Shown: positions 37,650 through 49,900 of the stretch, piece by piece
How the letters are laid out: each line of letters starts with the position of its first letter
Position numbering within the stretch: the stretch's first letter is position 1
Source: Callorhinchus milii
Lineage: Eukaryota
Reading direction: 5' to 3'
Length of the DNA: 64,000 bases
NCBI RefSeq assembly: GCF_018977255.1
Contig: NW_024704743.1
Location: 112,780,001 to 112,844,000, forward strand
Translations under genes and position numbers: made by a program
The notes under the pieces: model-generated
The model's input: the letters and a program-made list of their open reading frames with translations, nothing else
The model's database searches: none
Told to the model about the DNA's origin: nothing

Positions 37650-38560
37650 CTGTTATTGCCCTCCGGGCCTGCAGGTGGCGCTGGTGGCGAGTGGCGGGCG
37701 GCGGAATCGGCGCCGGTTTATTGACGCACATGCGTGGCAGAGGCCGGGGCGCGCGGGCGGGCGGGCGCTCGCACGCTCGCTCGCTCGCTCGAGGGTTGAT
37801 TGAAAAAAAACGGTCGTCGGCGTCGGCGCGCGGACTGCACCATTCGGCCGCAAAGCCGCGAGCGGGCGGGGGTGGGGGAGGGGGGGGCGGGAGAGGCGCG
37901 GCCGGTGCCGGGGCCAAAAGCCGATGACACGGTCGCCCGTCGACAGGGAAGGGGAGTGAGGAAGGGGCTGCCGGCTCGGAGCCGCCATGAGCCGAGCGAC
38001 GGGTGCGGCGGCGGCGGGGCGGTGGGGAGGAGTGCGTGAGGAGGGGCGGGTGGTGCAGTCCGCCTCCCTCCCTCTCTCTGCTCCCTCCCCCCGCGGGGGC
38101 CGGTGTCATTTCTCTTTAGTGTTTGCCGATGTAGGAGCTGTATCTGGGGGTCTCTCCCTGGACACAGGTAGGAACCGGCCCCGGGGGCCGCATAACACCC
38201 CCCCCCCGCCCCACACACCGCTCCCTCCCCCCCCCCTCCCTCCACCCCGCTCCCTCCCTCCCGCCTACTCTCTCACCTACACTCACACAGCTTTCCCAAA
38301 GGAGGAGGGGAGCGAGCGGAGGTGAGGGGCCTGGGTGGGTGGGTGGGTGTATCGGAGGCCGTGGGAGCGGAGGGGAGCAGAAGGGAAAGGGAGACCCCCC
38401 CACCCTCCCCCCCTGAATGTGGGCCGGGCTGGCAGGACGCGAGCGGGGCTGCAGCCATGATGTCTTGAGCCTGATTCAATGGAGAGCCATGAGCCGCGGG
38501 CAGTCAGTCAGTCAGTGAGTGAGTGAGTGAGTGAGAGCCTGGGCCGTGGGGGAACACCTG
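37650..38560 (+). promoter_or_regulatory. STAU2: CpG island / STAU2 promoter and first exon(s)
   Basis: Only strongly GC- and CpG-rich segment in the window. GC boxes (GGGGCGGG ~37885, ~38043) and an NRF1-like ACGCACATGCGT (~37724). Lies upstream of the STAU2 coding exons. Confidence 0.88.
38100..38167 (+). other. STAU2: 3' part of probable STAU2 first exon; start undefined
   Basis: Donor GACACAG|gtagga at 38167 inside the CpG island. The preceding AGTGTTTGCCGATGTAGGAGCTGT resembles my recollection of the mammalian STAU2 exon 1 end (unverified). Confidence 0.5.
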
Positions 38561-38604
38561 CTTCCTCTCCTCCTCACTCTCTCACTCACTCACTCACTCT
38601 CTCA
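38502..38604. repeat. (CAGT)n(GAGT)n microsatellite and inverted (CACT)n microsatellite
   Basis: cagtcagtcagtcagtgagtgagtgagtgagtgagag ... ctctctcactcactcactcactctctcac. Confidence 0.9.
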
Positions 38605-39366
38605 CCCTACCTGCCCAGCACTACCCCAGACCCTCGGCACCAACACCCCATTACAACAACAATTTGCATTTATATCGAGTTGCATTATATGGTTACATTT
38701 CAATTTTTTTTGGGTGGGGGCGAGGGGGTGTCCGCACAGGTGTCTTGACACATGCGGGAAACCCATCACCATGTTTTAAGAGTGTCCAAACTAAGCTGAG
38801 ATTCCCATGCGTCCCACCTACACGTGGAAATCCCAGATAAAGATGTTGGAATGGACTCTCTCCCCGGAGGGACGCATCCTGCTTATCTAATTCCGGAAGG
38901 CATTAGGCGCAGGTTGGCAAGAGCCAAGGCTTGGGGACCCCAGAGTGTGTGTGTTGGGGGTACTACTGGAGTCTAACCTGCTAAAACCACATAGCTTGCC
39001 CTTGATATTGGTGTCTGGCAAGCTTGCCTGCTGCTTGTCCAGCTAGACCACTCTACCCGTTAGGGTTTTGGCTTGCAGGCGTAACAGGAGCTGAGTGGGA
39101 GCATTCCCTGACCCAGTGACTGGTCTGCCCTTTCAAGCCCTGCCAATGAGCCAGGTTGGCTGTGCTGTCATTAGTAAGGAGTACAGCAGAACTCCTGGCT
39201 CAGGAACCAGACTACCAAGACCAACACAGAGGGCTCATGCGATGGGTCCTAGCAGATAGACGTGCATGCAGACGATGGAACCCATGACAACAACAAATTG
39301 CATTTATTTCACGTTAGAATGACACTTTCAAACCTGGCAACCCCAAGTTCCCTAACACTAGCTACA

Positions 39367-39727
39367 GTGGAGTCCTGTAGCGTAGTGGTTAGAGCGCTTG
39401 CCTTGCAAGTGAGAGGACACGTATTTAATTCCCGGGTGGGGTGAAACCTTAGGCAAGTATTCTTATTCCACATGCCTCTGTTTACCTAGCAGTAAGCAGG
39501 AACCCAGTTGTTAATCAATTGACCGATTGCTTTCCAGGGGTAATTGTCCCTCCAAATAAAAAATATTGTCTCTCAATCCACGACTGTTTGTGGGATACTG
39601 CTGTCTGCAATTGGCTGCCGTGTTTCACCCACAAAATACACAGTTGCTCCACTTCACAATATATACTGTGAAGAACTTTGAGACTTCCCAATGATAAGGT
39701 GCTATATCAAATGCAAGGATTATTATT
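39367..39727 (+). mobile_element. Full-length SINE, long subfamily
   Basis: Head GTGGAGTCCTGTAGCG..., GCCTCTGTTTACCTAGCAGTAAGCAGGAAC segment and tail. Confidence 0.9.
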
Positions 39728-40734
39728 GTTATAATACAATTCCCCCCCGGATCCCATTCCCTGGCACTAACCATTTCTGGGACCTCAGCAGCAGATACCC
39801 AATACATGGCACTACTAAGATTCCTGCACCCCCCAGTTAAAGGGACTAGGCAACATCACATGAGTACTATCCCAACTTGGAACTTCGGTTCAGCCCATAA
39901 CAGGCTCTACAGCTACCTTCTGCTTCACACCGTTATGCAAGTTCTGTTGTAAATTTCCCCTTCTCCATGTTCAAAATCCTGTAGAAGTACCCATTGCAGG
40001 ACACAGCCAACCTGAGGGCTTCCTGCCTCCTCCCAGGGCTGTGTCACATGATGGTGCCTATGACAACACATTGCATTAATATAATGCCTTTTCACAAACC
40101 CAGATTAGATAGTTTTAGGAAATAACATTATGGGATATAGTACAAAGGTAGTTTGGGACATATGTGCATGCGACTGCCAGGAAGGTGGAAGGCAAACTAG
40201 ATGGAACTTGGTCTTTTTTCATCTAGCAGTTCTTATGTTCATATTAAGATGACACTTCTGAAGTTGGCACCCCTAAGTTCTCCTTGGGGTTTTTGTGTTT
40301 TCTGTGTGTGAGTTGCGCTCATTCCTGGTTTTCTCACTGAGTTCTCACTGGGTCTCGTAGCACCCTTTCTTGGTCTGCATATCTCAATGGTCTGCATATA
40401 TCTTCTCCCCTTCCCTGGCCCTACCTGACATTTCACCTCTCTGCCAATGCTCCATGTATATGTGTAGCTCCACTATGTACCTTACCTTTTTCCTACTGTA
40501 TTGTGGCATAGGGAAATAACATGAGAAAATCTTGCATGTATATTGTGTATATCATTGGTATTGGAGGGACACAGACATTGTATAGGTAAATACAACAATA
40601 GCAGTTGACTGTGTTCCACTCTTAGTTTGGAAAACAATCATGGTGATTATAATGTGCCTTTCTTTCTAAATATGATTTTGTAGCTTTTAGTTTATTGAAA
40701 TGTGGACTAACCAATGTAAAAGACTATTAAAGTC

Positions 40735-41052
40735 AGCCTGGCCTAGTTGGTAGCACTCACCTCTGAATCAGACGGTTGTCAGTCAAGGCTGACATTCCAT
40801 TTCAGTTCTGGGGGATTGCTACATTATTGGGGATGACAGTTTTGGATAAGATAAACCTAGGATCTGCCTTTTCAGATGGACATAGAGTTTCTCCTGGTGT
40901 TTTGGTCAATATTCCCCAAATAAATTGGTCATTTACTTCACGGCTGTTTGTGGGGTATTGCTATGCGTGAATTGGCTGCATTGCACTGTCCAGTGCCTTG
41001 GGACTTCCTCCTGATGTGAAAGGCACTATACAAATGTAATTTATGGTTGTTA
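40735..41052 (+). mobile_element. Old Deu-type SINE
   Basis: GGCCTAGTTGGTAGCACTCACCTCTGAATCAGACGGTTG...GGCTGACATTCCA..., ending in an L2-like tail. Confidence 0.75.
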
Positions 41053-41068
41053 TTTACTTACAAAATAT

Positions 41069-41398
41069 ATAATAATAATAATAATAATCCTTGCATTTGA
41101 TATAGCGCTTTTCACGTCGGGAGGACGCCCCAAAGCGCTTCACAGAAGACACTGTAAAGTGAATTGACTGTATATTTGTGGGCGAACGCGGCAGCCAATT
41201 GCGCACAGCAATGTCCACAAACAGTCGTAGATTGAAAATGACCAATTTTAATTATTGTTTTTGGTTTTTGGAGGGATTATTATTAGGCGTGTGGAGTAAG
41301 GAAACTTGCCCAAGGTTTCACCCTGACCTGCCTGGAAATGAACTCAGGTCTTTCACTTGCAAAGCGAGTGCTCTAACCACTGAGCTACAGGACTCCAC
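41069..41398 (-). mobile_element. Full-length young SINE
   Basis: Near-identical to 59295-59617. Confidence 0.94.
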
Positions 41399-42679
41399 AT
41401 ATAGTCACTATACAGTAAATCTTGTCAACTTTGAGATGTTATCTTGATGTGAAATGTGCTATACTAAATATGTATTAAGAGAAGTATTGGTTCATAACTT
41501 CTATCTGTCTTCAAACCAACGTTTCAAAGAATACTTTGATATATTTTAAGGCTGTCTTGTGCGTTTGCTTTAAGTCTACATTTTTTATTCCCCTTCCATT
41601 TCTTTCATCACCTGAGGCTGAGGTGAAGATGTCTATAATTGAGGAACTAAATCCAAAGCACTTATTACTGATCCTTCTGGAAGAACTTTGGGGTACACAT
41701 TGCTTCCAGTTATGCTGCCCCTGGTCTTTGGAACTTCATCCTGGAGTCTTCCTGCATTACCCCTTCAAGCCACACCTTTGAAGCCTACCTTCAGACCTTT
41801 TCAACCATGCTTTTTGGTTATCTTCTTCCACCCATCCCATCATTCTCGTTTTTCACTACTTCTGGCGCAGGCTCCCAGTCTGCTCTGTACACTCTTTGTG
41901 TAAAGATGTTAAACGCGCTATGTAAATGTGAAGTTGTTTGTCATAAAATCTGCAATACATTTTTGCAGTAAAATGCCTGATATTGTGTGTTTAAATTCAT
42001 TTCTTCCTAAAAGTGAGTGCAGATATAAGTGTCAAGTTTCCTGCTGTTCCTCAAAGGTTTAAAGTGACAGGTGTCAAAAGCATCCCACAGAAATGTAGTT
42101 GCGAATCATGAAAATATGATAAATAAAATTGGTGAGCACTATGCAACAACAGCTTGCATTTGGATAGTGCCTCCACACCGGGTGGCGTCCCAGAGCGCTT
42201 AATACTTGGGATACTTAGGAATTGGGTAGTATTTTTAAAACTAATTTCTAATTTCATCAGCCTGGTTTGCAAACTTTTTGATAAAGTTTCAGGTGTTCCA
42301 ATTGTAGCAATGTTTGTTGCCAAATGATAGTGTCCATGGGCTGATGTGGACCTTCCAGCAACAGCTCAAAGGACCACCCTGTTCCTAATTAAAACTCATG
42401 TTTCCTATATACTTAAACTTTGAGATGGATAGGTTAATGTTACTTTCCCTGAAACATTTGTTTCTAGCATTCTTTCCCCTCTCCCCCTCACTCCCATTTT
42501 ACTTTTTTGTGCAAAAAATGTTCCAGGAAACATCTTTCCTTTCAGTTAATGTCTTCCTTCACCTTGCTGTATCCTCCAACAATCTTGCAACCCCACACAC
42601 GTGGGGGGAGTGGCAAGAGATTGCTGGAGGATGCAGGTCGAACAGGGCAAGGGGAGAAATGAACTGAAAAGTTTCGTAT

Positions 42680-44110
42680 CCCCTTTCGCTCTACCCCATC
42701 AACAGTGAGCGAGCTTTCAAATATTCTGCCCCTGCTCTCTGGAACTCCATCCTGGAGAACCTCCAACCCACCGTCCCATTTTTAAAGCCTGTCTTTAAGA
42801 CTTGCCTCTTGGACAGCACTTTGAGTCATCTTTCTCCTCCCCCTCCCCCTCCCCCTCCCCCCACCCTTATCCTGCTCAGTTTCCTCACCCCAGCTTGGGT
42901 TAGCCAGCCAAATATGTTGATTGCTTTGAGAAGTCCTGGTCAAAGTCCATCTGCGACCAGGGCTCTTTGCCTCCTTGTCCTCCTCGACCTCTCCTGCCTT
43001 CGACACTGTCGACCATTCTGTCCTTCTCCACCGCCTCTCCTCTCAGCTCATCCTTCACGGATCCGCCCTTGCCTGATTCCAATCCTATCTCTCCCACCAT
43101 CTCCACTTTGTCTCAACCAACGGTTTCTCCTCCAGGTCCCCCACGTGAGGCATCTCTCAGGGATCTGTCCTTGGTCCCCTCCCTTTCAACATTTACATGC
43201 TCTCTCTTGGTAACATCATCCGTACACATGGGGTTAATGTCCACATGTATGCGGATGACACTCAACTCTACCTCTCCGCCTTCACCCTCATCTCCAGGAC
43301 CACTGCTGTTCTCACAGCCTGCCTGTTGGACATCAAGTCCTGGATGAGAACTAACTTTCTCCAGTTGCATGTCAACAAGACCGAGGCCCTCTTGCTTGGC
43401 TCCCGTCAGTGCCTCGGGGGCTGACAGCATCACCCTTCAAGGATGCACTCTATACCTCACTGAGCCAATACGGAACCTCAGAGTCCTGTTCGACCCTCAA
43501 CTGTTCTTCATCCCCCATATCTGTACCTTTCCCCACCTCCTCAACCTTGCCTGGCTCCGCTACTGTGTCTCACCGCAGGCCGCCGAGACCCTCATCTGCG
43601 CAATCATTACATCCAGGCTCGACTACCCAAACTCTCTGCTTGTCAGCCTCCCCAATTCCTCCCTCACAGGCTGCAGATCATCCAGAACTCTGCAGCCGTG
43701 TTCTCTCCCACACCAGGCTGCGCACCCTTATCACCCCCATTCTCGCCGGCTTCACTGGCTCCATATCACTCAGAGGATACAGTTGAAAATCCTGGTCCTC
43801 AAAGCTCTCCACGGCCTTGCTCCTCCTGATGGATTGTGAAACTCCATCCCACAATCCCTCCACTTTGCCCCCTCTGGCCTCCTTCAAAACCCGTCTCAAG
43901 ACCCTTCTCTTCAACTGTGCCTTCGGTCATCCTCCTACCCCTACTCTCCCTGCCCTCCATCCCTCCTGATCCCAACCACCAGCTCAGGTGCAGATCCCTG
44001 ACTGTTCAGGGTTTTGGGACATCCTCCTGACGTGAAAGGCACTATATAAACGTAATGTATTGTTATTGTCCTCCTGATGTGAAAGGTGGTGTATAAGTGT
44101 AAATTGTATT
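42680..44110 (+). mobile_element. L2 fragments (RT region to 3' tail)
   Basis: [20 protein letters not shown] and ITSRLDYPN motifs. Tail GGGACATCCTCCTGACGTGAAAGGCACTATA, partly duplicated at ~44069-44110. Confidence 0.9.
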
Positions 44111-44304
44111 GTATTAGATGAGTACAGTGACCGTAGCCTCTATCATTTGTAATGTTACAGCTATCAACTATCCTCTGTGTAAAGAAATACTTACTGGTAT
44201 CTGTTCTAAATCAACCCTTCACAACTCTGAAAATGTGGCTTCTTGTCTTGCTCCATTTGGCTTATCTGAAGATTTATTCTATTTTTATTTAATCCCATTA
44301 AGAA

Positions 44305-44885
44305 TATAAAGTAAGGAAGTTATTACAAACCTTTATAAAACATTGGTTAGGCCTCAGCTAGAGTATTGTTCAGTTCTGGGCACCACACTTTAGGAAGGAA
44401 GTCAGGCCTCGTAGAGGGTGCAAAGAGATTTACCAGGATGGTACCAGGAATGCGGGACTTCAGTTATGAAGAGAGGCTAGAGAAGTTTGGATTATTCTCC
44501 TTGGAACAGAGAAGGTTAAGGGGAAGTTTAATTGAGATTTTAAAAAATATGAGGGGGTTGGATAGGGTGAACAGGGAGAAACTGTTTCCACTGGCCAGTG
44601 GGTTAGTAACCAGAGGACATAGATTTAAAATAGTTGCCAAAAGAACCAGAGTGGAGTTGAGAAGTTTTTTCACACAGCGAGTTGTTCTGATCTGGAATGC
44701 ATTGCCTGGAAGCCGATTCAGTAACAACTTTCAAGAGAGAAGTAGATAAGATATTTGGTGAGGGACAAATTTTCAGGGCTGTGGGGAGTGGGACTAATTT
44801 GGATAGCTCTTTCAAAGAACCGGCACAAACATGAGAGGCTGAATGGCCTCCTTCTGTGCTGTATAGTTCTATGATTCTATGATTA
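44305..44885 (+). mobile_element. CR1 LINE 3' fragment
   Basis: ORF contains KRFTRMVPGMRDFSYEERLEKFGLFSLEQRRLRG...TRGHRFK...FFTQRVV.IWNALP; (TTCTATGA)n tail. Confidence 0.93.
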
Positions 44886-44954
44886 AGCATCTTGTATATC
44901 TCTATCAGGTCTCTTCTGTGACATCTCTATCTCGAATGAAATTATGTATCAAAC

Positions 44955-45235
44955 TGGCTAAGTTCGTAGCACTCTTGAGTCAGACGGTTGTGAGTTCAAG
45001 CCCCATATAAGCACTTGAAACTGGGAGTATGCTGAAATATCGGTGGTGCCATCTTTCGTATAAGGCGTTGAAATCAAGGTCATGACTGTCTGTTCAGCGA
45101 TCCCATGGCATTCAAGAAGAGAGTTTATCCAGGTGTCTTGGCCAATAATCCCTAAATAAAATTGGTCACACAATTGTGATATTGTCGTCCCATTCACCGA
45201 CAAAATAGTCACACCACTTTACAGTATATCCTGTG
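44955..45235 (+). mobile_element. Old Deu-type SINE with internal deletions
   Basis: GTAGCACTCTTGAGTCAGACGGTTGTGAGTTCAAGCCCCA...GGTGCCATCTTTCG.ATAAGGCGTTGAAATC. Confidence 0.7.
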
Positions 45236-48200
45236 CTACATTTATCCAAGGTGTCGTTTGAAACATTTTGTATATTTCAGGCCCCTCTTAAACAGTATTT
45301 CTGAATAGAACGATTACTGTTTCATTGTTATATTTAAGTTCAGAGGGAATTTCTTCCTGTGTCCTGACAGCAATCTCCCAAATAAAATTTGGTTATTCAC
45401 TTCATGGCTGTTTGGAGGACATTGCTATGCGCAAATTGGCAAGAATGCAAGAATTATTATTTGTATTTAATGGTTTAAAAAGATAAAATATGGTATTTTT
45501 CATGGATATTTTGAGATCTTATTGCAATAGACTGACAAAAACATTTTTGAAGGATTGTCATCAGTACTTTATGAATAGCATTCCATACTTGTAATAATGC
45601 TGTACTTCATTTTAGAATAATAAAACATAGAAAGATAAAGCAGAGAAGGAGTCATTTGGCCCAGTGTGAGCAGACCAGTTGATTTACTTGGGGTAGTGAA
45701 GAATGCTGTGCTTAAATCTGATATATAACTGGGAATGTTTGTGCTATACCAAGCCATCACATTTGTGTATGAATGCTCGCCATTTTTACAATACCTTGGT
45801 AACAGGATACTTTGCTAATATGAATGAATTAATGTAGAGCTCTTAAAATCCTAGATGAGAGGCTTGTCTACCAGTAGGTGGTTTTAGTAATATAGAAAAT
45901 AAACTAACACAAAGACTGTTTGTGGGACACTGCTGTGCGCAATTGGCTGCCGAGTTTCACCCACAAATATACAGTCAATTCACTTCACAGCTTTGAAACA
46001 TCTGGAAGACGTGATAAGTGCTACATTAAATGCAAGGATTGTTATTATAAAATATTGTACAATAAACCTCACTTAAGTCATATCAATTGGTTCCACACCT
46101 TTGATATGACTTATGCAAAGCATGAATTATGTCAAACTTGCATAGAATATAAACTCTTGAATGGGACTTGGGCAGATGCTCATTATAGCTATTCCATGCC
46201 CAGCTTGTTGGGAACACTTTTCCTAACCTTAGAAAATGCTCTCAAGAGCAGAAAAGTGTCTCTGACATTTTTTAACTAGAGATGTTCCATTTTTATTGTA
46301 ACTCATCTTACATTTTCGGAATGGACAAATTGTTTAACTGCAGTTCTCGATAGTTGTTCTCCTTCTGTCCTGTCACCTCACAGAGCACAGGACAGAGTTT
46401 TGAGAATAAGTACTGTCATAATCTATAAAACAGATGGGGAAGGATTGGTGTTTCCTCAAAAAATGTCTTGGTCATTATTGTTTGTTTTTTCCTCCAACCC
46501 CAAGTGGTCAGATATTAACTGCCTAGAGATAGTTTGTGTATCTGCTATCTTTTTTTCCGGGAGGGGAATGGCTTTTTTCTGCTACTTTGATTTCAGTCAC
46601 TGTATTTACCAAAATCACTATCCAGTGTGTGTATGAACTTCTTATTAACAACACGATTTGACTAATTCCTTCCATGGTCAAGCACCCTGTTAGCGTTTAC
46701 TGCCTCAGATTAAACATGAAAGAATGTAGTTGGCAAGGCTCCATAAGGTACTGTGGAACTGCAAGAGTTGGCAATTTAAGTTGGGGTGGGGTGGAGGAGA
46801 AAAAGTTGGTAACATGCATTGTGTTTAATTAAATAATTGATGACATTGAAATTTAAATATTTTAAAGTAATGCAGCAGCTTGAAGACTTGTATTGTTTAT
46901 ATTGTATATTAAATTTGAGTGCCCATTTTGACTATTGTTAAATACAATTTAAGTATTGCTGACATGATGAGGAATGGTGGTATTTATAGGATGGAATATT
47001 TAATCCACCCAGTTGCTGGTGTCGGATACACTCAGGTTATGTATATCGTTAGGTAAATGTGAGAAGGGCACATTTATACTATAAGTTTTTTGTCACTGTT
47101 ATGACATCTTTTGGATGATGCAGAATCCAAATGTGGCACATAGTGCTGCAAATGTGCAGTCCACACCGCGATTTCTGACAAATCAGCAGTTTGAGAGCGA
47201 TGTCTTGCCCCTATTGCAGAGCCAATTTTTTTACCTTAAAACTTACAGTCAGCTGTTTTCTAACATTATAAATTTCATGGCAGTCATAAACCAGCGTGCA
47301 AAGCTTTGCACACATGTTTAAGTACAAAGCAGAGATCTGGTTTTCCTAATTCAAGATTTTTGGGAGGGGGTAGTATAAACCAGTCTGTACTTAGCAGTGC
47401 TCTAGATAATGCAGTATAACTAGGCCGTGGTTCCCGACAATAACCCTGTATCAAGAGAGCACTTTCTTCTGAATCACACTGTTCAATTTTCTGCTGTGAA
47501 CAAGCTCCCAGTGGCATCTGGATTGAGACTATACAAACTAATCTATTTAAGTCTGTCAGAGAGGAGATTTTCTTCCCATTAGTGAAGTCTGGATTTGAGC
47601 CAGGTTCTGGGGATGGTACTCAGGCACTTTGAATCCTCATTTACAAACCATTTTGATTTTGTTCCATGGATAAGTCAAATGCCATTTATTAGTTATGAGT
47701 TCTGTAAGTGAGGGAAACATTTTTTTCAATATTGTATACAGATTTACCATTGAGTTTTGTAAATATTGAAAAAAATTAAATCTGCTCAATATATGTTATA
47801 TATAATGGAAGCATAAATCAGTGTGGAAACTGGAATCACAGTTGTAATTGGCACATCAGCAATTTTGAGAGACAAAGGGCAAGGATTTTATGAGGGGAAT
47901 GGAAGGAGTAAAAAAAGAAGCTTTATATACTGTGGTTGCAAATGGATGATGTGGTTAACTATTTTCGTCTATCTTGTGTAACACTGCAATACACAGTCTT
48001 GTGCTGCTATACTGAATGAGTTTTAATATGTGTACAAAGTATAACTGCATTGATCTTTTTTCTTATTCAATGAGAAAATCAGTTGCTCTAAGAGATAATC
48101 AAAAGCATCAGAAGAAAAAGGAAAGTAATGATCATCAAAACTCAATTTTTAGTGCAGAGTATCCATAAAGCTTTTAATTTAAGGAAATGTCAATGAAAAT

Positions 48201-48699
48201 TCAAGAAGGGGTTCTTTCTTATTGTTTGAAGTTGACTGGAAACCACACATAATTGTGGATAAACTTATGAGAGCAACCTAAAGAAACCAAGCGAGTTTGG
48301 AATGAATATTTTGGCTAAATTTTGGAATTTCAGACTTGGGGGCTAGCATGTTCAAAATCAAAATACTCACTATCTTGTTTTTGTTTCCTTCATTTTCCAA
48401 ATGGTTTAGGATCTATGAAGGATCTAACTGGGAACCATAAAGAAAAGTTTGGCAGCTCAAGGATTTGGAAGTCTTAAACGATCCAAATAGATCTCGTCAA
48501 CTATAAATATAATTGTGGGAAATTTGACAGACTAGAGTTAGAAATCTACAATGTACAAAGGTACCTGAAAATGATCAGCAATATGCAGTAAACTTTATCC
48601 ATTATGGATTTTCACAACTCATTCATTGAGAAATTTAGATGTATACTATTGCAGATCTTCAATCTTTATAATTGCCTAATTCCCCAAAAGTGAAACATT

Positions 48700-48825
48700 T
48701 ACAACAACAACAAGATTCCATTTAAAGAGCGCCTTTCACGTCGGGAGGACGTCCCAAGGCGCTGTACAGTAGGGTCAGGACCCGAGCAGGGGGGAAATGG
48801 TCAGGGTGAGGGGAGGGAAGGGAGT
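48700..48825 (-). mobile_element. Young L2 3' tail
   Basis: (CAA)n...GCGCCTTTCACGTCGGGAGGACGTCCCAAGGCGCTG. Confidence 0.85.
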
Positions 48826-48934
48826 ACTTACAGTACTTAGAATTCCTAAATGCTTTCTAATATTACATCAAGTCCTTTCAAGCCATTAATATGTATTTAA
48901 GATCAATCAAATTCTTTTCTTGCAGTAATAGAGA

Positions 48935-49136
48935 ATGGCGCAAGTTAAAGTCCAGACTGCAGCAAACCTGTCGGGGTCTACCCTAGGTGCCACGGTGCAA
49001 TCACCATTGGTTACTAGTGCAGCTCCTCTGGGTCTGCAGCCTTCTGTGAATGGGTCAGTCCCAGCCTCAACTTCCAGCTGTGTCAGTCCTGCAGCTGGAC
49101 TTGTGGATTCTACTGCTTCACTTAATAACTCACCAG
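48935..49136 (+). CDS. STAU2: STAU2 upstream coding exon (Ser/Ala/Pro-rich N-terminal extension); exon begins at 48926
   Basis: Acceptor ttcttttcttgcag| at 48925, in-frame TAA TAG, then AGAATGG (good Kozak). Encodes MAQVKVQTAANLSGSTLG...SLNNSP, with donor CCAG|gtaaga in phase 1 matching the next exon. Confidence 0.8.
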
Positions 49137-49254
49137 GTAAGATTTTTTTTATTTTCATACTCTTTCAAATTTACAAGTGGTAATGCCACCCTGTGACACT
49201 TTAGTACAAAGAAATGTGTGAAAGTAATAGAAGGTAAAAATCGGCAGAATCAAT

Positions 49255-49900
49255 TCAACAACAACAAATATAGATTTATATAATGCCTTTCACATCGGGA
49301 GGATGTTGTAAGGTGCTTGACGGTCCTGGCTTGTCTCCTGAGCTGGGGCTGGGAACCAATGGAGGTGGGGAGGGGGGAGGATGACCGAAAGCACGGTCTT
49401 GAGATGGACCTTGAAAGAGGCGAGTGAGGGGCCGAGTAAGAAGTATCTTTGGGATGGAGTTCCAGAGAGTGTTGGCATAGAGGCTAAAACCTGAACACCG
49501 ATGGTGAGTCGGGTAAAGTGGGGGACATGAAGCAGACCAGTGGGTACTGAGTAGAGAAAGTGGCCGGGTTGATACGGTTTGAGAAGTTCGCAGAGTTAAG
49601 ATGGGGCAAGGACATTGAGAGATTTAAAGGTGAGGGGCAAGGATCTTGAACTTGATCTGCTGGGGAATGGGGAGCAAATAGAGCTGCGTGCGGATTGGGG
49701 TAATAGGCTCATGGAGCCTGGTGCAGGAAAGGTCACAGGCTGCAGAGTTCTGGATAGACTGCAGTTTGTGTAGGAAAGAGTTGAGTAGTCTATTGAGCAG
49801 AGCTTTGGTATCAAGCCTGCATATGGTAAATGCATGGATTAGGGTCTCTGCAGCCTGAGGAGAGAGGTAGTGATGGAGGCAGGCAATATTACAGAATTTG
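49255..49900 (-). mobile_element. L2 3' fragment
   Basis: L2 tail plus SLASFKVHLKT and LTFKSLNVLAPS motifs on the minus strand. Confidence 0.82.

Noticed and set aside
37403..38779. Many 70-175 aa ORFs over the CpG island
   Set aside because: Low-complexity Gly/Pro/Arg/Ala ORFs are expected from stop-poor GC-rich DNA and show no recognisable domain.
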